Source: Vicugna vicugna (taxonomy: Eukaryota). Taken from it: a stretch of 64,000 nt of DNA. The stretch lies in assembly GCA_013265495.1 (NCBI GenBank), contig MU058103.1, positions 1,062,870-1,126,869 of the forward strand. The letters run 5' to 3'. Within the stretch, counting starts at the first letter, position 1. Each line of letters begins with the position of its first letter. This document shows positions 48,974-61,679 of the stretch, piece by piece. A program made the position numbers and the translations under genes. The notes beneath the pieces were generated by a model. That model was not told where the DNA came from. It was given only the letters and a program-made list of their open reading frames with translations, and ran no database searches.

Positions 48974-50865
48974 AGAAGAACAACTAGGAATAAAAAAAAG
49001 ATCCTTCAGAAGTTAAAACTGTGAAAACCTCAATGAAAATTTGGAAGACAAAGGTAAGAAAATTTTAGAGAGTAGAACAAAAATACAAAGGAAAAAGGAA
49101 AAGATGAGATTTGTCTGGGAGGTCCAAAACCAAACTGAAATGATACCCATAAATGGAACCAGAAAGAGATGAAATTATCTGAGATAATGTCTCAGTGTTG
49201 AAGGATATGATTTTCCTGATCAGAAGTACTTGTTCATGGACCAGCACAATGGATGAATTTGACCTATAGCAAGGTGCACGTTATAATGTTTCAGTGCACT
49301 GGGAAAGAGAAAACTCCAAAATATTCCAAAGAGGGGAAATAATAGATGACATATGCAAGTTCAGAAATCCAAATAATTTTGCATGAATTTCTCAACACCA
49401 GCCCTGGAGCTAGAAGGGAAGGGGACATCTTCAGAGTTCTGGGGGGAATTATTACTAATTTAGAATTCTATAGACAGATTTATCAATTTTGTGGGTAAAA
49501 TAAGCATATTTTTATACGTATGCATGCTAGGACTCAAATATTTTATCTCATTTTTTTTTCTGGGAAGCTCTGGAGGAGTTGTTTCATGAAAACAAGGGGT
49601 AATACAAGAGAGAAGAGAAGTGGGATTCTGGAATTGCATGACCCAGTTCAAGGGAAGGGAAGAGGGGAGTTGGGGAAGAGGGAAGGAGGAGGGTAGAAAT
49701 TAGCATGAAAGTGATGAGAGATTCCAGAGTAACAGCTATCCACTAAAGATAGAGAGCAGCAAGTGTATTTGAGAAAGTACAGAGAGTCTTGGAGCAGTGT
49801 TCTCAAGACATTGAAACTGAAAGAATTCTGATGTATTTAAATATATTGAGAGGAAGTAAAGACAACTGAGAGAGTTTGAAATTGAATTTTAAAATGTGCC
49901 TAGAAAACTAAGTACATAGAAGCACATAAAGTTTATTAACGTAAGGCAAAACAAAGATTTCAGTAAGAAAGAAAAAAGTAATTATAGTACACTGCGTGGC
50001 TGGGCAGTGACTTGATTTCACATTGCCAAACAATATTGAACAATACTTAAGATAAAATCATGTCCGATGGTTGGGGGAATTGCATGTGTCTGTGTTTAGG
50101 GAATCCTGGAATATGTATGTGAATTATATCCTCACCTTCCACAGTTGGAAGTAAATAGATAATTCCCTTAATTAAAAATCAGTAAGTGCCGATATAATAA
50201 TGTAATTTAGAGACATGCATGAAATTCAAATGTATTTGCCTCTATGGAACATGAAATGCAAGGGAGATTCACAGTCTTACCCTTTGTCGTAGTAAGTCTT
50301 GTAAAATAATTTGACTTTTTAGTTGTATGCAAGTATTACTTTGATGCCAATTTTAAATATTAATATTAAAAGAGTTCAGCATATTCCATGGCCCATATCA
50401 ACTCTTAATAAATGTTAATTGAGTCTGAATCAAGAATCTAACCAACTTTGTATTTACTATGATTAAACCTTTCCTCTTGTCAGTCCTCTCTCCAGTATAC
50501 ACCATTAGAAGGCTTTATGAATGTTTATTATGTTGTACTGATTTGTCCTATAGGCCTGAGTTTGCATGCCAGTCTTATTCGGTGCCTGTAGATCTGTAGA
50601 TGTTTTCTTTCTTGTAATTTTATTCTAGTCTCTCCCCATCCTCTCTCTTTCCCTTTCTCTGTTCTGTCTTTAGTGTATTAAATCAAGACTTTTTAAGCAT
50701 CTGTTGAAAAGTAGAAGCTGTGACATTACTGGGCCTCATTCCCACAAGGCAGCAATCAGCTGAAGTAGTGGCTTCCCCCTCTAGGGGAAGCATTTACTCT
50801 CTCGTTTGCCACAGTCTCATAGCTCCCTTTTATCTTTTCCTTTGCTCCACTTTGTATTTTTGTAT

Positions 50866-51055
50866 TCTTATTTTTTTACTGAAGTGTAGCCGATTTACAA
50901 TGTTACTTTCAGGTGTACAGTAAAACAATTCAGTTATACATAGATATACATACATATATTTTCAGCTTCTTTTCCATTATGGCTCATTAGAAGAAATTGA
51001 CTGTAGTTCCCTGTGCTATACACTAGGTTCTTGTTGTTTATTTTGTATGCAGTAA
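50866..51055 (-). mobile_element. Short L1 3' end
   Basis: ttttttactgaagtgtagccgatttacaatgtt...agttccctgtgctatac. Confidence 0.8.
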
Positions 51056-52004
51056 TCTGAGCCCCACTTTAGGAAATTGCATTGCTTATCTGACACCAGC
51101 GCCTGGGTTGGGTGTGTGCATCTTCAGCTCTCACTTAAACACTGAGGAGCCCTTCTTACCCTGATGACATTTGCTGTTGGTTAAGTTTCAGAGCCTATTT
51201 GCGTTCTAGTGCAAATGTCAGTTTGACAGTTGGCTATGGGTGGAATTTGCAGAAGAACTGTGGCAGGAGATTTAAATGTGAGGACCATTGTCACAGGGTG
51301 ATGCCTTTGCCATCTAGAGACTTGATGAGGTTTCCTGGAGCAAGGGTGTCTAGAGGTGGGAGACATTGGCAGCAAGAATGTATATGGGCCTGGTCTTTGA
51401 GGACCAGCAGTGTGGTTCCTCTTTGCATTCTTGTCTTAGGCGCCGAAGGGTGGCACAGACAGCAAGAACACAGGGATTTCTGTGGATACTCTGCACCCTC
51501 CAAAGATAGTGCCAAAGTGAGGGAGGTCCTTGTTGTAAGGGCTTTCAACCTAGCTTTATAGAGGACCTACTATGTGGTCCTCTGTGACTCTGTAGGATAA
51601 TCTATGTGGATGACACACTGATAAACAATTACAACACAGTAGAAGTGTTTTTAAAAAAAATGCTAAGAGAAGGAGAGCAGAGTGTAGAGCAGAACAAGCT
51701 GTGCCTTGGCAGGAATGGAAGAAAACTTAGAGTGACACTTGAAGAGAGTCTTGATGAATGAGTTTTAACAGGTGGACTAAGGGAAGACTTCACACTGGAA
51801 AAACATTTTGAGAAATTTAGTTCCCTCATTCATTGATTTAATTATTTATTCATCCATTCAGTTCAGGGAATGTTTACATAGGACATACAGAGCTGAAATA
51901 CAAACAACCTTGTTCTCAAAAAGCTTACAGTTTAGTGTCAGAGACAGACATACAGAAATTACCCTGGAAGCTTGTAGGTGATCAAAGAGCAGCAATTCGA
52001 AAGT

Positions 52005-52220
52005 AGTGATTAGGAGCTGGGGGATTAATAGATACACATTACTGTATATAAAATAGATAAGCAACAAAAGTCTACTGTATATCACAGGGAACTATATTCA
52101 GTTTCTTATAATGAGCTATAATGGAAAAGAATCTGAAAAAAATATATGTATGTACATGTATGTATTACTGAATCGCTTTGCTATACACATGAAACTAACA
52201 TTGTAAATCTACTGCAAAAA
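52005..52220 (+). mobile_element. Short L1 3' end inserted in an L2 remnant
   Basis: tatataaaatagataagcaacaa...cacagggaactatattca...aatggaaaagaatctgaaaaa...acattgtaaatc. Confidence 0.85.
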
Positions 52221-53069
52221 TACATACATGCATAAGTAGTAAGGGTGTCCAGCTCTCTAGGGAGGCCATCAACACTGGAGTGATTGTTGAATTCCAGAGA
52301 AAGCATGCTTTTTCTGAAGAAACATGACACCATGATTGAAATTTTAAGAATATTTATAATGACTGGATAAGGAAGAAGAGAAACCCAATGAGCTAAAAAT
52401 TCAAGATCTAAGGATTAAAAGGAAAACAGTCATTCTAAGTATAGTGAGAACTGCTGAATCAAATAAGGGATTAGTTCTTAATTAATGAAGATTTTTTAAA
52501 ATATTTTTTTAGCAGTGTTGATAATAAAGGTAAAATTGAGTAGAGTTTATTCTGTAAATTGTCTCTGCTTCAGATTGCTCGACAGGAATGTAAAATAAAA
52601 AAGACTCGTCTCGATCAATATTTCCTAGCATGTATGATATAGAGCTTTGATTCATTGAAATGAATTTCAAGTGTAAAATTTCCCTCTGTGAGCCAGGTAT
52701 CTTTTACCCTATTTACTGCTATTCCACCTTACTGGGCATTTACTCTCCTTAACTTCTAATGTCTTTATTATGTGAAATTACCCTAGTTGTCAAAAGAGGC
52801 AGAACCACCAGACATGTAGATTGTGAGACATGTGATGATATTTGACTTTATGATGCTGTGGAAAAGACTTACTAAATCCACTCGGTGCCGTCGCAGAGAT
52901 TAAGAAGTCTCTGTGCTGTAGATATGTAAAATGTCTCTTTAGTTATGACTCTCAGTGTTGAAGCAAAGAATCACACATTTTTGCTTAGGCTAAAATCTGC
53001 TGTCTTTGCTTCCATATTATGGTATGGAAGTCCCAAGTTTCAGCTCCACTGGTGGTTTTTACACCCAGA

Positions 53070-53660
53070 CAGCATAAGCTATGGAACAGAGCAAGGGGTT
53101 TTGAGTAGGGCGGAACTGGATCCAAATTCTGGGGTCCCCACTCCACAGGTAAAACAGAAGTCAGGCCACTTCTTTCTTTTGGCCTTGGTTTCCTCATTTG
53201 TGAAAAAGAATGGTTCCTAACTCACAGGGTTCTTAAGAGGCGAAAATGAAATTACGAACGGTAAACCCACCACTTCAGCCCCCTCTTCTGCCACTTGCTG
53301 TCTTGTGCTCGACCATTAGTTAACAACAGAGACGTCCAAATGCTTTCACCACACTGCGTCATAATTCCATGCCTTTGCTTTAGCAGTTCCCTCGTCTGGA
53401 GGCCCTTCTTTTCTTAACAGATTAGTCCCCGTGTACCTTGTTGATACTAGTTTGGCTGTAACTCCTAAATCTTCCTCCTTTGTGTTCTCTCAGCAGGCTA
53501 TGCTTACTTTAAAGGTATCTGTTTACAGTTTGATATCCCACCACTTAACTAATATTTTCTAGAGACCAGGAACTATGTTTCTTATTCCTCCTTTCCATAT
53601 GTTCAGTGTCTCCATACCTGGCATGCAGAAGGCATGCAACTGATGTTAGTAGCCCTGTAA
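53070..53660 (+). mobile_element. MIR (53070-53270) and L2 3' end (53340-53660)
   Basis: ggccttggtttcctcatttgtgaaa; catgcctttgct...cctggcatgcagaaggc. Confidence 0.6.
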
Positions 53661-54229
53661 TAAAATCCATCCAAATGAGTGACGGTCAGAACTCTGCATT
53701 GCTGATGGTGTTTTCTGCCCCACCTGTATACACATGCACACACACACACACACACACCCCTACCCCTCATGGGCCCAGCTTGATGCTTTTTCAATAAAAA
53801 TAAACCCAGTGAGTACAGATACAGAACACTGATATGTGCTATTAAATGCAATAACAATTAATGCCACAGCTCTCTTATCATCGGCCTCATAACAGGCCCC
53901 CTCATGAGCATTCAATTTAGACTTTAAAAGAGCAAGGAGGAAAGTTATTGCATGCTAATTAGCTTTAACTTCCACCCTGACATGGTTTATTAGAGATGAC
54001 AAGATGACTGCCAAGCAGGCAGAGGAGCTTTGGTGAGATGAAGGGGCTCAAAGCTTAGTTTCCCTCCTTCCCACCTTTCTTGTCCAACAGGTTCCATCCC
54101 TTTCATTCTTCCCACATCTTCATTGTCACAGGGTCAAAATGGCCTCAGTGTAAACACCCCACTATGTCAGTGATGAAGCTGAGATTCTAGATGTGGCTGG
54201 TGAGTTCTACCTCAGTAAGACAGTGTGTT

Positions 54230-54430
54230 CTTTATCACTGGAATTGTCCCTCCTTCCTGCTCCTCTGTGTTCCGATACTGCTGTGTACCTCCCTCATAAA
54301 AATCTCTTAAATGTCTACTTCATTTACACTCAGTACGTGGACGGCAGAGATTGAGTTTTCTCCATTCCTTTATCCTGAGGACTAACACAGAGAAGGTGCT
54401 CAATCCATGTTCATTGACTGAATAAATGAA
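54230..54430 (+). mobile_element. L2 3' end
   Basis: aacacagagaaggtgctcaatccatgttcattgactgaataaatgaa. Confidence 0.6.
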
Positions 54431-55049
54431 GCCATCAGACCTGGGCTGGACAACCACACAGGGAGTGTGTATGGAAAGTGAAGGATCTGGTACCAGTGAT
54501 GTGAGTTCTCAACCCTGTACTTGATTTGTACAACTGCCCGTCTTTGGGCTCCAGAGACGCAAAGCAAAGGGCTTCTTCCTGCCAAATTCATCTGCCATTC
54601 TTGATGAGCTCTTTTACTCATAATCCCTGCATGTTTCTAATCACCTGCTGACATGGACTGAAAGAAATCAAAAGAAACCCACTTTTCTTATTTTCCTTTA
54701 AAGCCTGAATTGATTGTCATCCTATGACTTAGATCTCTTGTCCTTGTCCAGGGTCAAAGAGACTTAAGTATAGAAGGCACGTCTAGCTCTCAAATGAAGC
54801 TCCCAAATCTTCCTACCCAAGATACTGTAACAAAGTGAAAGAGAGAGAAAAATATTTTTATACATTCCTTTGCTTCTCGTCAGAATTCACCTATAAGATG
54901 CCTGGGTAGACTGGAGGGGTGATTCAGTGACATGCAGACCTAGGATCTGGTCTTGCTATGATAGCTGGCAGAGCCGTCAATGAGGGGTCTGGAGAGAACA
55001 GAGAAAAGATGGGGTTGATTACACATTGCAAGGACTACAGGAGACACAT

Positions 55050-55255
55050 CATTTTGTTTAACACTTGGAACAATTCTATGAGTTGGGTGTTACTATTATT
55101 ATGCTCGTTTTGCAGATGAGGGCCTGGAAGTTAGGAGAACTTCAGTAATTTGTTCAAGGTCACACAGCTAGTAAGTGGTAAAACCAAACTTCAAATCCAT
55201 CCATCGTTGACTTACTCCAATATGCACGTTTTAACTGCTGCACCATATTGCTCCA
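55050..55255 (-). mobile_element. MIR SINE
   Basis: ttttgcagatgagg...tttgttcaaggtcacacagctagtaagtgg. Confidence 0.8.
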
Positions 55256-56149
55256 GGCAGATGTAGATGATCTTAAAAAAAATACTAAAGTGCTACATAA
55301 ATGCACTGTTATTCTACCTTTATTTTGGCTAAGTCAGTACTAAATTTGCTTTTGAAAGAACTGTAAACTCCAGTCCCCAAGCCTAACATCTGCCAGAGCC
55401 TTAGTTTTTCTTTTTCCTTTCCTTTATTAGTATTATTTTAATGTAAGAAATTATTTTGGCACCCCATCTGCATATTTCCAGAACATCTGTAGGTTTGGGG
55501 TGGGCAGAAGTGTGAAGGCTGATTAGATAGCAAACTATCAGCTGTGGGCCTCGCTTCTGTTCTCCTCTTTGGCAGTCCTCTTTTTGGGGGGGCAGGGAAG
55601 AAAGAATGGCAATATGTTAGTTGTGCTCACCAGAGAAGCAGACAGACTTTGCTTACTGCCATTATGTGTTTATTCCACGGTGTTGCGGTGGGGGAGTGAA
55701 AGAGCAGAGCGGTGTGTGCGCGTCACTGAAGATGATCAAAGGAAGGGAGGTACCGTGCATGGCTCTTCCTCCTGAGAGGAGCCTTTATGAACATGGCTGG
55801 GTGTGTGTTAAAGAACGGAGCCACGAAAGCTCAGGACCATATCCGTATCTTTCTGATATGTTTAGCTTTAGAAATACTGAGTAATGACAGGAACGAGGAC
55901 CCCCACTGCAGCGACAAATGGAAATACACGACGAGTGACAGGTCTGTGAGAAAGGAAGATGGCTCCCCATTAGCTGTCATGGTCACCTTACAGATGTTCT
56001 GTTGCTGGTGTTCTTTATGAGAAATTACATTATGAATGGTATGTGCTGTAACCAGCCTCCCGGTGTCGAAAGAATGAGGCATCATTTTCTTACTATGGTG
56101 ACTAAACACACCATTATCTGACCCCAAGGGCTTTTTCTCTTGCCCCTCT

Positions 56150-57440
56150 TTGTGTTTCTCATGGACCCTGTATACCCCATGCCCCAGCCACTCTTAGCTT
56201 CCCCCTTTGTCCTGTAGTGACCAATCTCGGGCCTTTACATGTGCTGTTTCCTCTGTTCAGATTGCTTTTCTCCATCCTTTTCTCCCTGCTCTGTCAGACT
56301 TCATTAGTGACTTCCCACTTTTCAAGACTTGACTTATGTGGAACCTCTCCTCTGAAGTCCTCCTCAGCTCCCCCTCTCAGGGAGACATTGCTTCCTCCGA
56401 AGACCCGCTACAGTCTGTTGTCATGACACATAGCCTACCTAAATAGAAACAAGTTTACTAACGTGTCCTACACACATCCAGAACATAGGGATTACCGATG
56501 GGGATGAGTGAAACAGAAACATTATGTCTTCATGGTGTTTAGAATTGTAATGGAGAAGGTAGACAGCAGACTAAATATATACTAGAATGCGAGTCTTCAT
56601 ACATGGTAGAAAGAAGAATGAAGTACAGGAATAGAGACTGGCGGGGGGAAGGAGGTCAAGCGAGAGCTTCTAGAAGGTGACTTGAGCTGAGACCTGTAGT
56701 GAGGGAGCTGAAAGTGCAGAGTTTCTGAGGCAGGAACATTTGGGAATATCTGAGGAGAGGTAAGGAAGATAGTGTGGCTGGAGCTGAATGTGCGAGGAGA
56801 AGCGCAGAAATGGGGCAGGAAATGAGTCATGGACACAACAAACACTGCCTTGTAGGCTGTGCAAGGATTTTCTGAATGTGAGCAGAAGCCATAGCAGGGC
56901 TGAAAGCAGGAGGCTGATACCACGTGGTTGACTGGCTACTGGTGGAGACCAGCTCATAGGACTGAGGATAAATGGGGAGACAGGTGAGAAGGGAGGGACG
57001 CCGTGTCAGTGGAGCTGTTTCCCCCCGCCCGCTTTCTCTCTGTGCCTCATGTGCACGCAGCCCTGTCCCACACAAGTGTTTGCCCTTGCTGTTTACCACC
57101 AGGAATATTCTTCCAGCCTTTCAAATGGAGGGCAATTCTTTTGAGAATCCTCCTTGGGTTATTCTGTCTGAAGTCAGCCACTTCAGAAAGCTTCCATCGC
57201 ACCCACCAGCGAGCTTCCGTCACAGCGCTCAGCACAGTCTGTGTCACTCTTGTCTACTACTTGTTGACTTAGTTATTGTATTTCTCTTCTGCTTGAATGA
57301 AGAGTCATGAAAACAGGGACCTTGTCTATTTTGTCCACCTCCTAGCAGCCATGGCTGGAACATCAGAGGTGCACAAATAAGTATTTATTTGCTGATAAAT
57401 AAATGATAAATAATTTTGTTGATAAATAAGTGGTAAATGA
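56150..57440. mobile_element. Three L2 fragments in alternating orientation (+,-,+)
   Basis: gggcctttacatgtgctgtttcctctg; gaaggtgacttgagctgagacctg; cagggaccttgtctattttgtccac. Confidence 0.65.
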
Positions 57441-58129
57441 ATTACCAAATGGAGAAGACACTATGGTGCCCAAAGGATACATACTTAGCCTGATCTTAAA
57501 GACTCAGGAAAGGATACTTGAAAGAGATTTTTAGTTATAGATTGCAAACCCTAACTGAAGAAGAATGGATTTCAATTTGTTTTATGTTTGTCCTCATTTA
57601 AGGACCTGGTGAAAGCATTTTTTCTCAGATATAATGTAAAGGACAACCCTCATTCCATTTTCTTTTCCACTCCTGCTATTCTTGGGAAGGGCCCAAGAGC
57701 TTCTGATCTCTTCTTTGCATTTCCTTTTTGTTCTTGCCTCCCATCAGTCCAGGCTATGTTGCCATGTTGAATACTTATTGCTGTTTGCACAAAGTATCTG
57801 CTTATGCATTAGTTAAAAATCTTGCAAGCTCAGGAGTCTTGGCTTTTTTTCAGTGGCTCTTCAAGGCATTGTGTACCATTTTATTATCCAGGGAATGGCT
57901 GTGGCTTCTGCAGCTCTGCCTCATTCTGCATTCTGATATGAGTGATTGCTTTTCCCCAATTCTCTGTGTCCAGAGTCACACCACTGGATGGGGGCAGATC
58001 TGCATAACATCAAAGCAGATGTCTTTATCCCATTATATCATGCTACACAGTGAGACGCTGTTTCTTATCACTAATCTTTTTTTTTTGAGGTGAGGTCTTG
58101 TGTGAAAATATTGAATAAGGTTGGGACCA

Positions 58130-59020
58130 GGATATATATTAAGCATTTTGTAATGCATTATCGTACAACCCTCTATCCCCACCCCATCCTGAGTTAGGTA
58201 TTGCTATGCTCACTTTTCAGCTGGAAAAAGTGAGAAGAAGCTAAATATCTGGCCGAAGTTCTCACAGCTACTAAGTCAGTGGAGGTGCACTTCAAGCCCG
58301 TGTTTGTCTGAGATCCACAAAGCCCGTCTTATGTTGCCATTACTAGTCCCAGAGAAATGGCTGACCAGTTAAAACTAACCCTGCCCCCAAATTCCAGTGC
58401 CTGTACTTCTTGTTACTTTGTCCAGTGTGCTGCATTTTTTAAACGATATCTTCAACATCTTTACTTTTGCTCTTCAGATAATTAAGAAGGATGTATGATT
58501 TTCCTCCAGATGTGTTTATGATATAATTAATCCCATTTCATTTGTTAAACATCTATTGAGGATTGATTATGTGCCAAGCAAATTATCAAGTAGTGAGTGG
58601 AGATTTTTAGATGAGTAAGACAAGTTTCTTCCTCTGGAAAAGCTCATTTCCTACTGAGAGAGGCAGTCATTAAAGCAATGAATTACAATGACTCCCATGC
58701 AGTAGTTGAAATAAAGACACTCTGATGTAGAAAAATAGAAGAATTAATTGTTCTGGGAGGATCTGGGAAAACTTTCATGGAGTAGGTGATACTTGAATAT
58801 CCATTGAAGGATAAATAGGGGTTCTATACCAAGGGATTTTACAGCAGCAAAGTGTAGCTATATGAGTTGTGAGCCATATCTAGGGACTGTCGCTGGCCCC
58901 ATGGTGCTCAGATTACCCGTGTATGAGTAAATAGGGGGGGTATAGTAAATGAGACTGGTGATACTGATAATTTCAGGGCATAGCCTCCACTGGCACAATG
59001 AGCTTAGCAAGGAAGTTTAG
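58130..59020 (-). mobile_element. MIR (58130-58340) and L2 3' end (58530-59020)
   Basis: ctcacagctactaagt; aaacatctattgaggattgattatgtgccaagca. Confidence 0.6.
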
Positions 59021-59025
59021 GCTTC

Positions 59026-59404
59026 ATAAAACCACAATGAAGTATCACCTCAGACCTGTTAGGATGGCTATTCATAATAATAATAATAATAATAATAGAG
59101 ATAACTATCATTGTTGAGGCTGTGGAGATATAAGAACACTTGTACATTGTTGGTAGGAGTATAAATTGGTACAGCCATCATGAAAAAGGTATAGAGTTTC
59201 CACAAAACATTAACAATAGAACTACCATATGATTCATCAAACCCACTTCCGAGTATATATCCAAAGGAAGTGAAATCATTATCTCAAAGGAATTTCTGAA
59301 CTTTTATGTTCATTGCAGCATCATTCACAAAAGCCAAGATATGGAAACAACCTAAGTATCCATTGATAGATAAATGGATAAAGAAAATGTCACACACACA
59401 AACG

Positions 59405-59438
<34 letters not shown>

Positions 59439-59503
59439 AGAACATTATTCAGTCATAAAAAGAAGGAAGTCCTGCCTTTTATGTTAGCATAGATGAACCT
59501 GTC
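59026..59503 (+). mobile_element. L1MA/MB-type ORF2 C-terminal fragment with (TAA)n and (CA)n expansions
   Basis: aaaaccacaatgaagtatcacctcagacctgttaggatggcta...aaattggtacagcc...gttcattgcagcatcattcacaa. Confidence 0.85.
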
Positions 59504-59504
59504 A

Positions 59505-59720
59505 TTTACCCTCACAACCACACAGTGATTGGTATATGAATATGCATGTATAGATATATCAATATATAAATGCTATATAATCTTTGTTATTAAAAAGGAA
59601 AATGAGGCATAAAGAATTTAAGCCACTTACACAAGGTCACACAAGTAGGAGGTGTTGAGACAAGGGTTCTAAATAGGTTAGTTTGACAGCAAATTCATTC
59701 TTTTCTTCACTACATTATCC
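59505..59720 (-). mobile_element. MIR SINE
   Basis: aggaaaatgaggcataaagaatttaag...caaggtcacaca. Confidence 0.6.
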
Positions 59721-59902
59721 TATCTTTCAACTTAGATGAAAGTAATTTTTTTTTAATTTATGGTTAAAAATATTATAGAGTTGGTAGGAAGAAAATCTTC
59801 ATTTTATTATTGCTATAATATGTGATCTTTATATTTATATAACAGATTTTTTTTCCTAAACTATTTCACAATTCCTGTCCCAAATGCTTCCCATAGGAAA
59901 AA

Positions 59903-59945
59903 AATATATATATGTATGTATATATATATATATATATATATGTAT
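59903..59945. repeat. (TA)n/(TATG)n microsatellite
   Basis: direct read. Confidence 0.9.
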
Positions 59946-60054
59946 AATTTTTACCTTTTTGTACATGACAACAGTGTGGAACCAAGATATAGCCCCTTTC
60001 TTTGCTGTGGTTTGTTCCAAATTGAGTCTTCTAGGCAAGTCTTGCAAAGTCTTT

Positions 60055-60169
60055 ATTTTTTTTTTAAGGCTTTGGGGAGGTAATTAGTTTTATTTATTTA
60101 CACATTTATTTGACTTATTTATTACACATGCTAAACACACTCTACCACTGAGCTATTCCCTCCTCACCT
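60055..60169 (-). mobile_element. tRNA-Ala-derived camelid-type SINE lacking the B-box, perfect 13-bp TSD
   Basis: minus strand atagctcagtggtagagtgtgtttagcatg then A-rich tail; TSD ttgcaaagtcttt at 60042-60054 and 60170-60182. Confidence 0.8.
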
Positions 60170-61679
60170 TTGCAAAGTCTTTTTTGATGATGGACCATGC
60201 TTCATCACTACTACAGGCTATTTCCTTGGTATTTTACGGCAATCTTCCACATTTATATACTCTTGTTGGCCAGGGGCTCTAGACTTCATAATGGAAAGAT
60301 CTGAGTATCAGGATGAACTTGAATAGTACAAGTGAATGTGGTATAAAAATGATTGAAACATTTTTTGGGTCAAACTCATCAAGAGACAACATGAGATACA
60401 ATAGGCATAAGGCTGACATTTTCAGATCATAATCTCCTAATGCAGGCTTGAGATGCGACCCAATGCATTTAATGGGCTGATAGTAAAGGGTAATCCAGTT
60501 TCACCTTGTATATAATTATCAGGCACTTCAATCTCATTTGGTCAAGGTTCTACATACTTGTATTGGGAGAGAGGGATATACATTTAGCAATGTCTTCTAA
60601 CTCTTTTAATATTGTTATATCTACTAATTAATGTCATGTAATCTGACTTTCTAGAGCACTGTAAAATTCACCTCTTATGACATCCATTAAGGAAAAGACA
60701 AGAATATCATTTGGGCTGGAGAAGGAAACATTGATTAGATTAAAACCACATAGTAAATATGTAACTCTTGTTCATCTCCCGTATCAGTCACACCTGTTTT
60801 GTATGGATAAATCAACATAACATCCGACTGTAGAACATATACATTGTTCTTTCTGTGTGTCTACCAAATTGGATATCTTTTGTCATAAAGCTCAATCAGT
60901 CTTTTCAGATTTCTCTAAAATATTTTCATATGATATAGCTTATACGGACCACTGTGAGGGATATTTGTTAGCTTTTACTTTATACAAAATACAAACCAAA
61001 ATCAGTTTAATAAAATTATTTTGAGTATTTAATTTATTTTTCAATGAAATTTCCATTAAGTTTCATTTTTAAATCATATTTTAAGTATATTGTCTAAATC
61101 ATTCCATTCATCTATTCCTGCATTCACCTAATTTGTAAATATTTATTTACTTACTTCTACTACATCCGAAATACCTAATTTATGCCACAAATTTTTCTTT
61201 TGCTTAATTCTTAAAAAAAGTAAGTATATGTTAAACAATCTACAACTGCAGAAACTGCCTTCTATTTCTAATGTGTAATTGAAAGTTGCTAGTGTCCCAC
61301 TGATGATGGCAGTATTTTAAAAAAATTCCATTAATTTAAATTCCAGGAAATTTAACAATAACAATTGGAACAAACAAAATAAAAACAAACAAACAAACCT
61401 AAGACACATCTTCTAACATGAATTTTTTTTATGGCTTAAGAATAAGTGGTGAAATCACTAAATAATGAAATAACTGAAGATCTGAAAAAGTAAAAAAAAA
61501 AAAAGTATTATTAGAATTAAAGGAAAGAGATAGCTTTCCCTGAGTCACTCTTGTACATTTTTGAATTTTTTTGTTTAAGGTATTTATGCATTGAGAATAT
61601 ATTTTTGGCAAAGGGTATATGTCAAACACTTTCTGGAAGATATTTGGAATGTATTAGACACATTAGAGGTTAAAAAATA

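Larger units (their letters stand above)
47450..50370 (+). mobile_element. HAL1 / old L1 ORF1-like element, interrupted by a younger L1 and MER3
   Basis: A-rich ORF1-like remnants: accagcacaatggatgaa, tttctcaacaccagccctggagctagaagg, catcttcagagttctg. Confidence 0.6.

Noticed and set aside
60240..60960. Unique AT-rich block as a possible processed pseudogene
   Set aside because: No extended reading frame, poly(A) tail or TSD seen.
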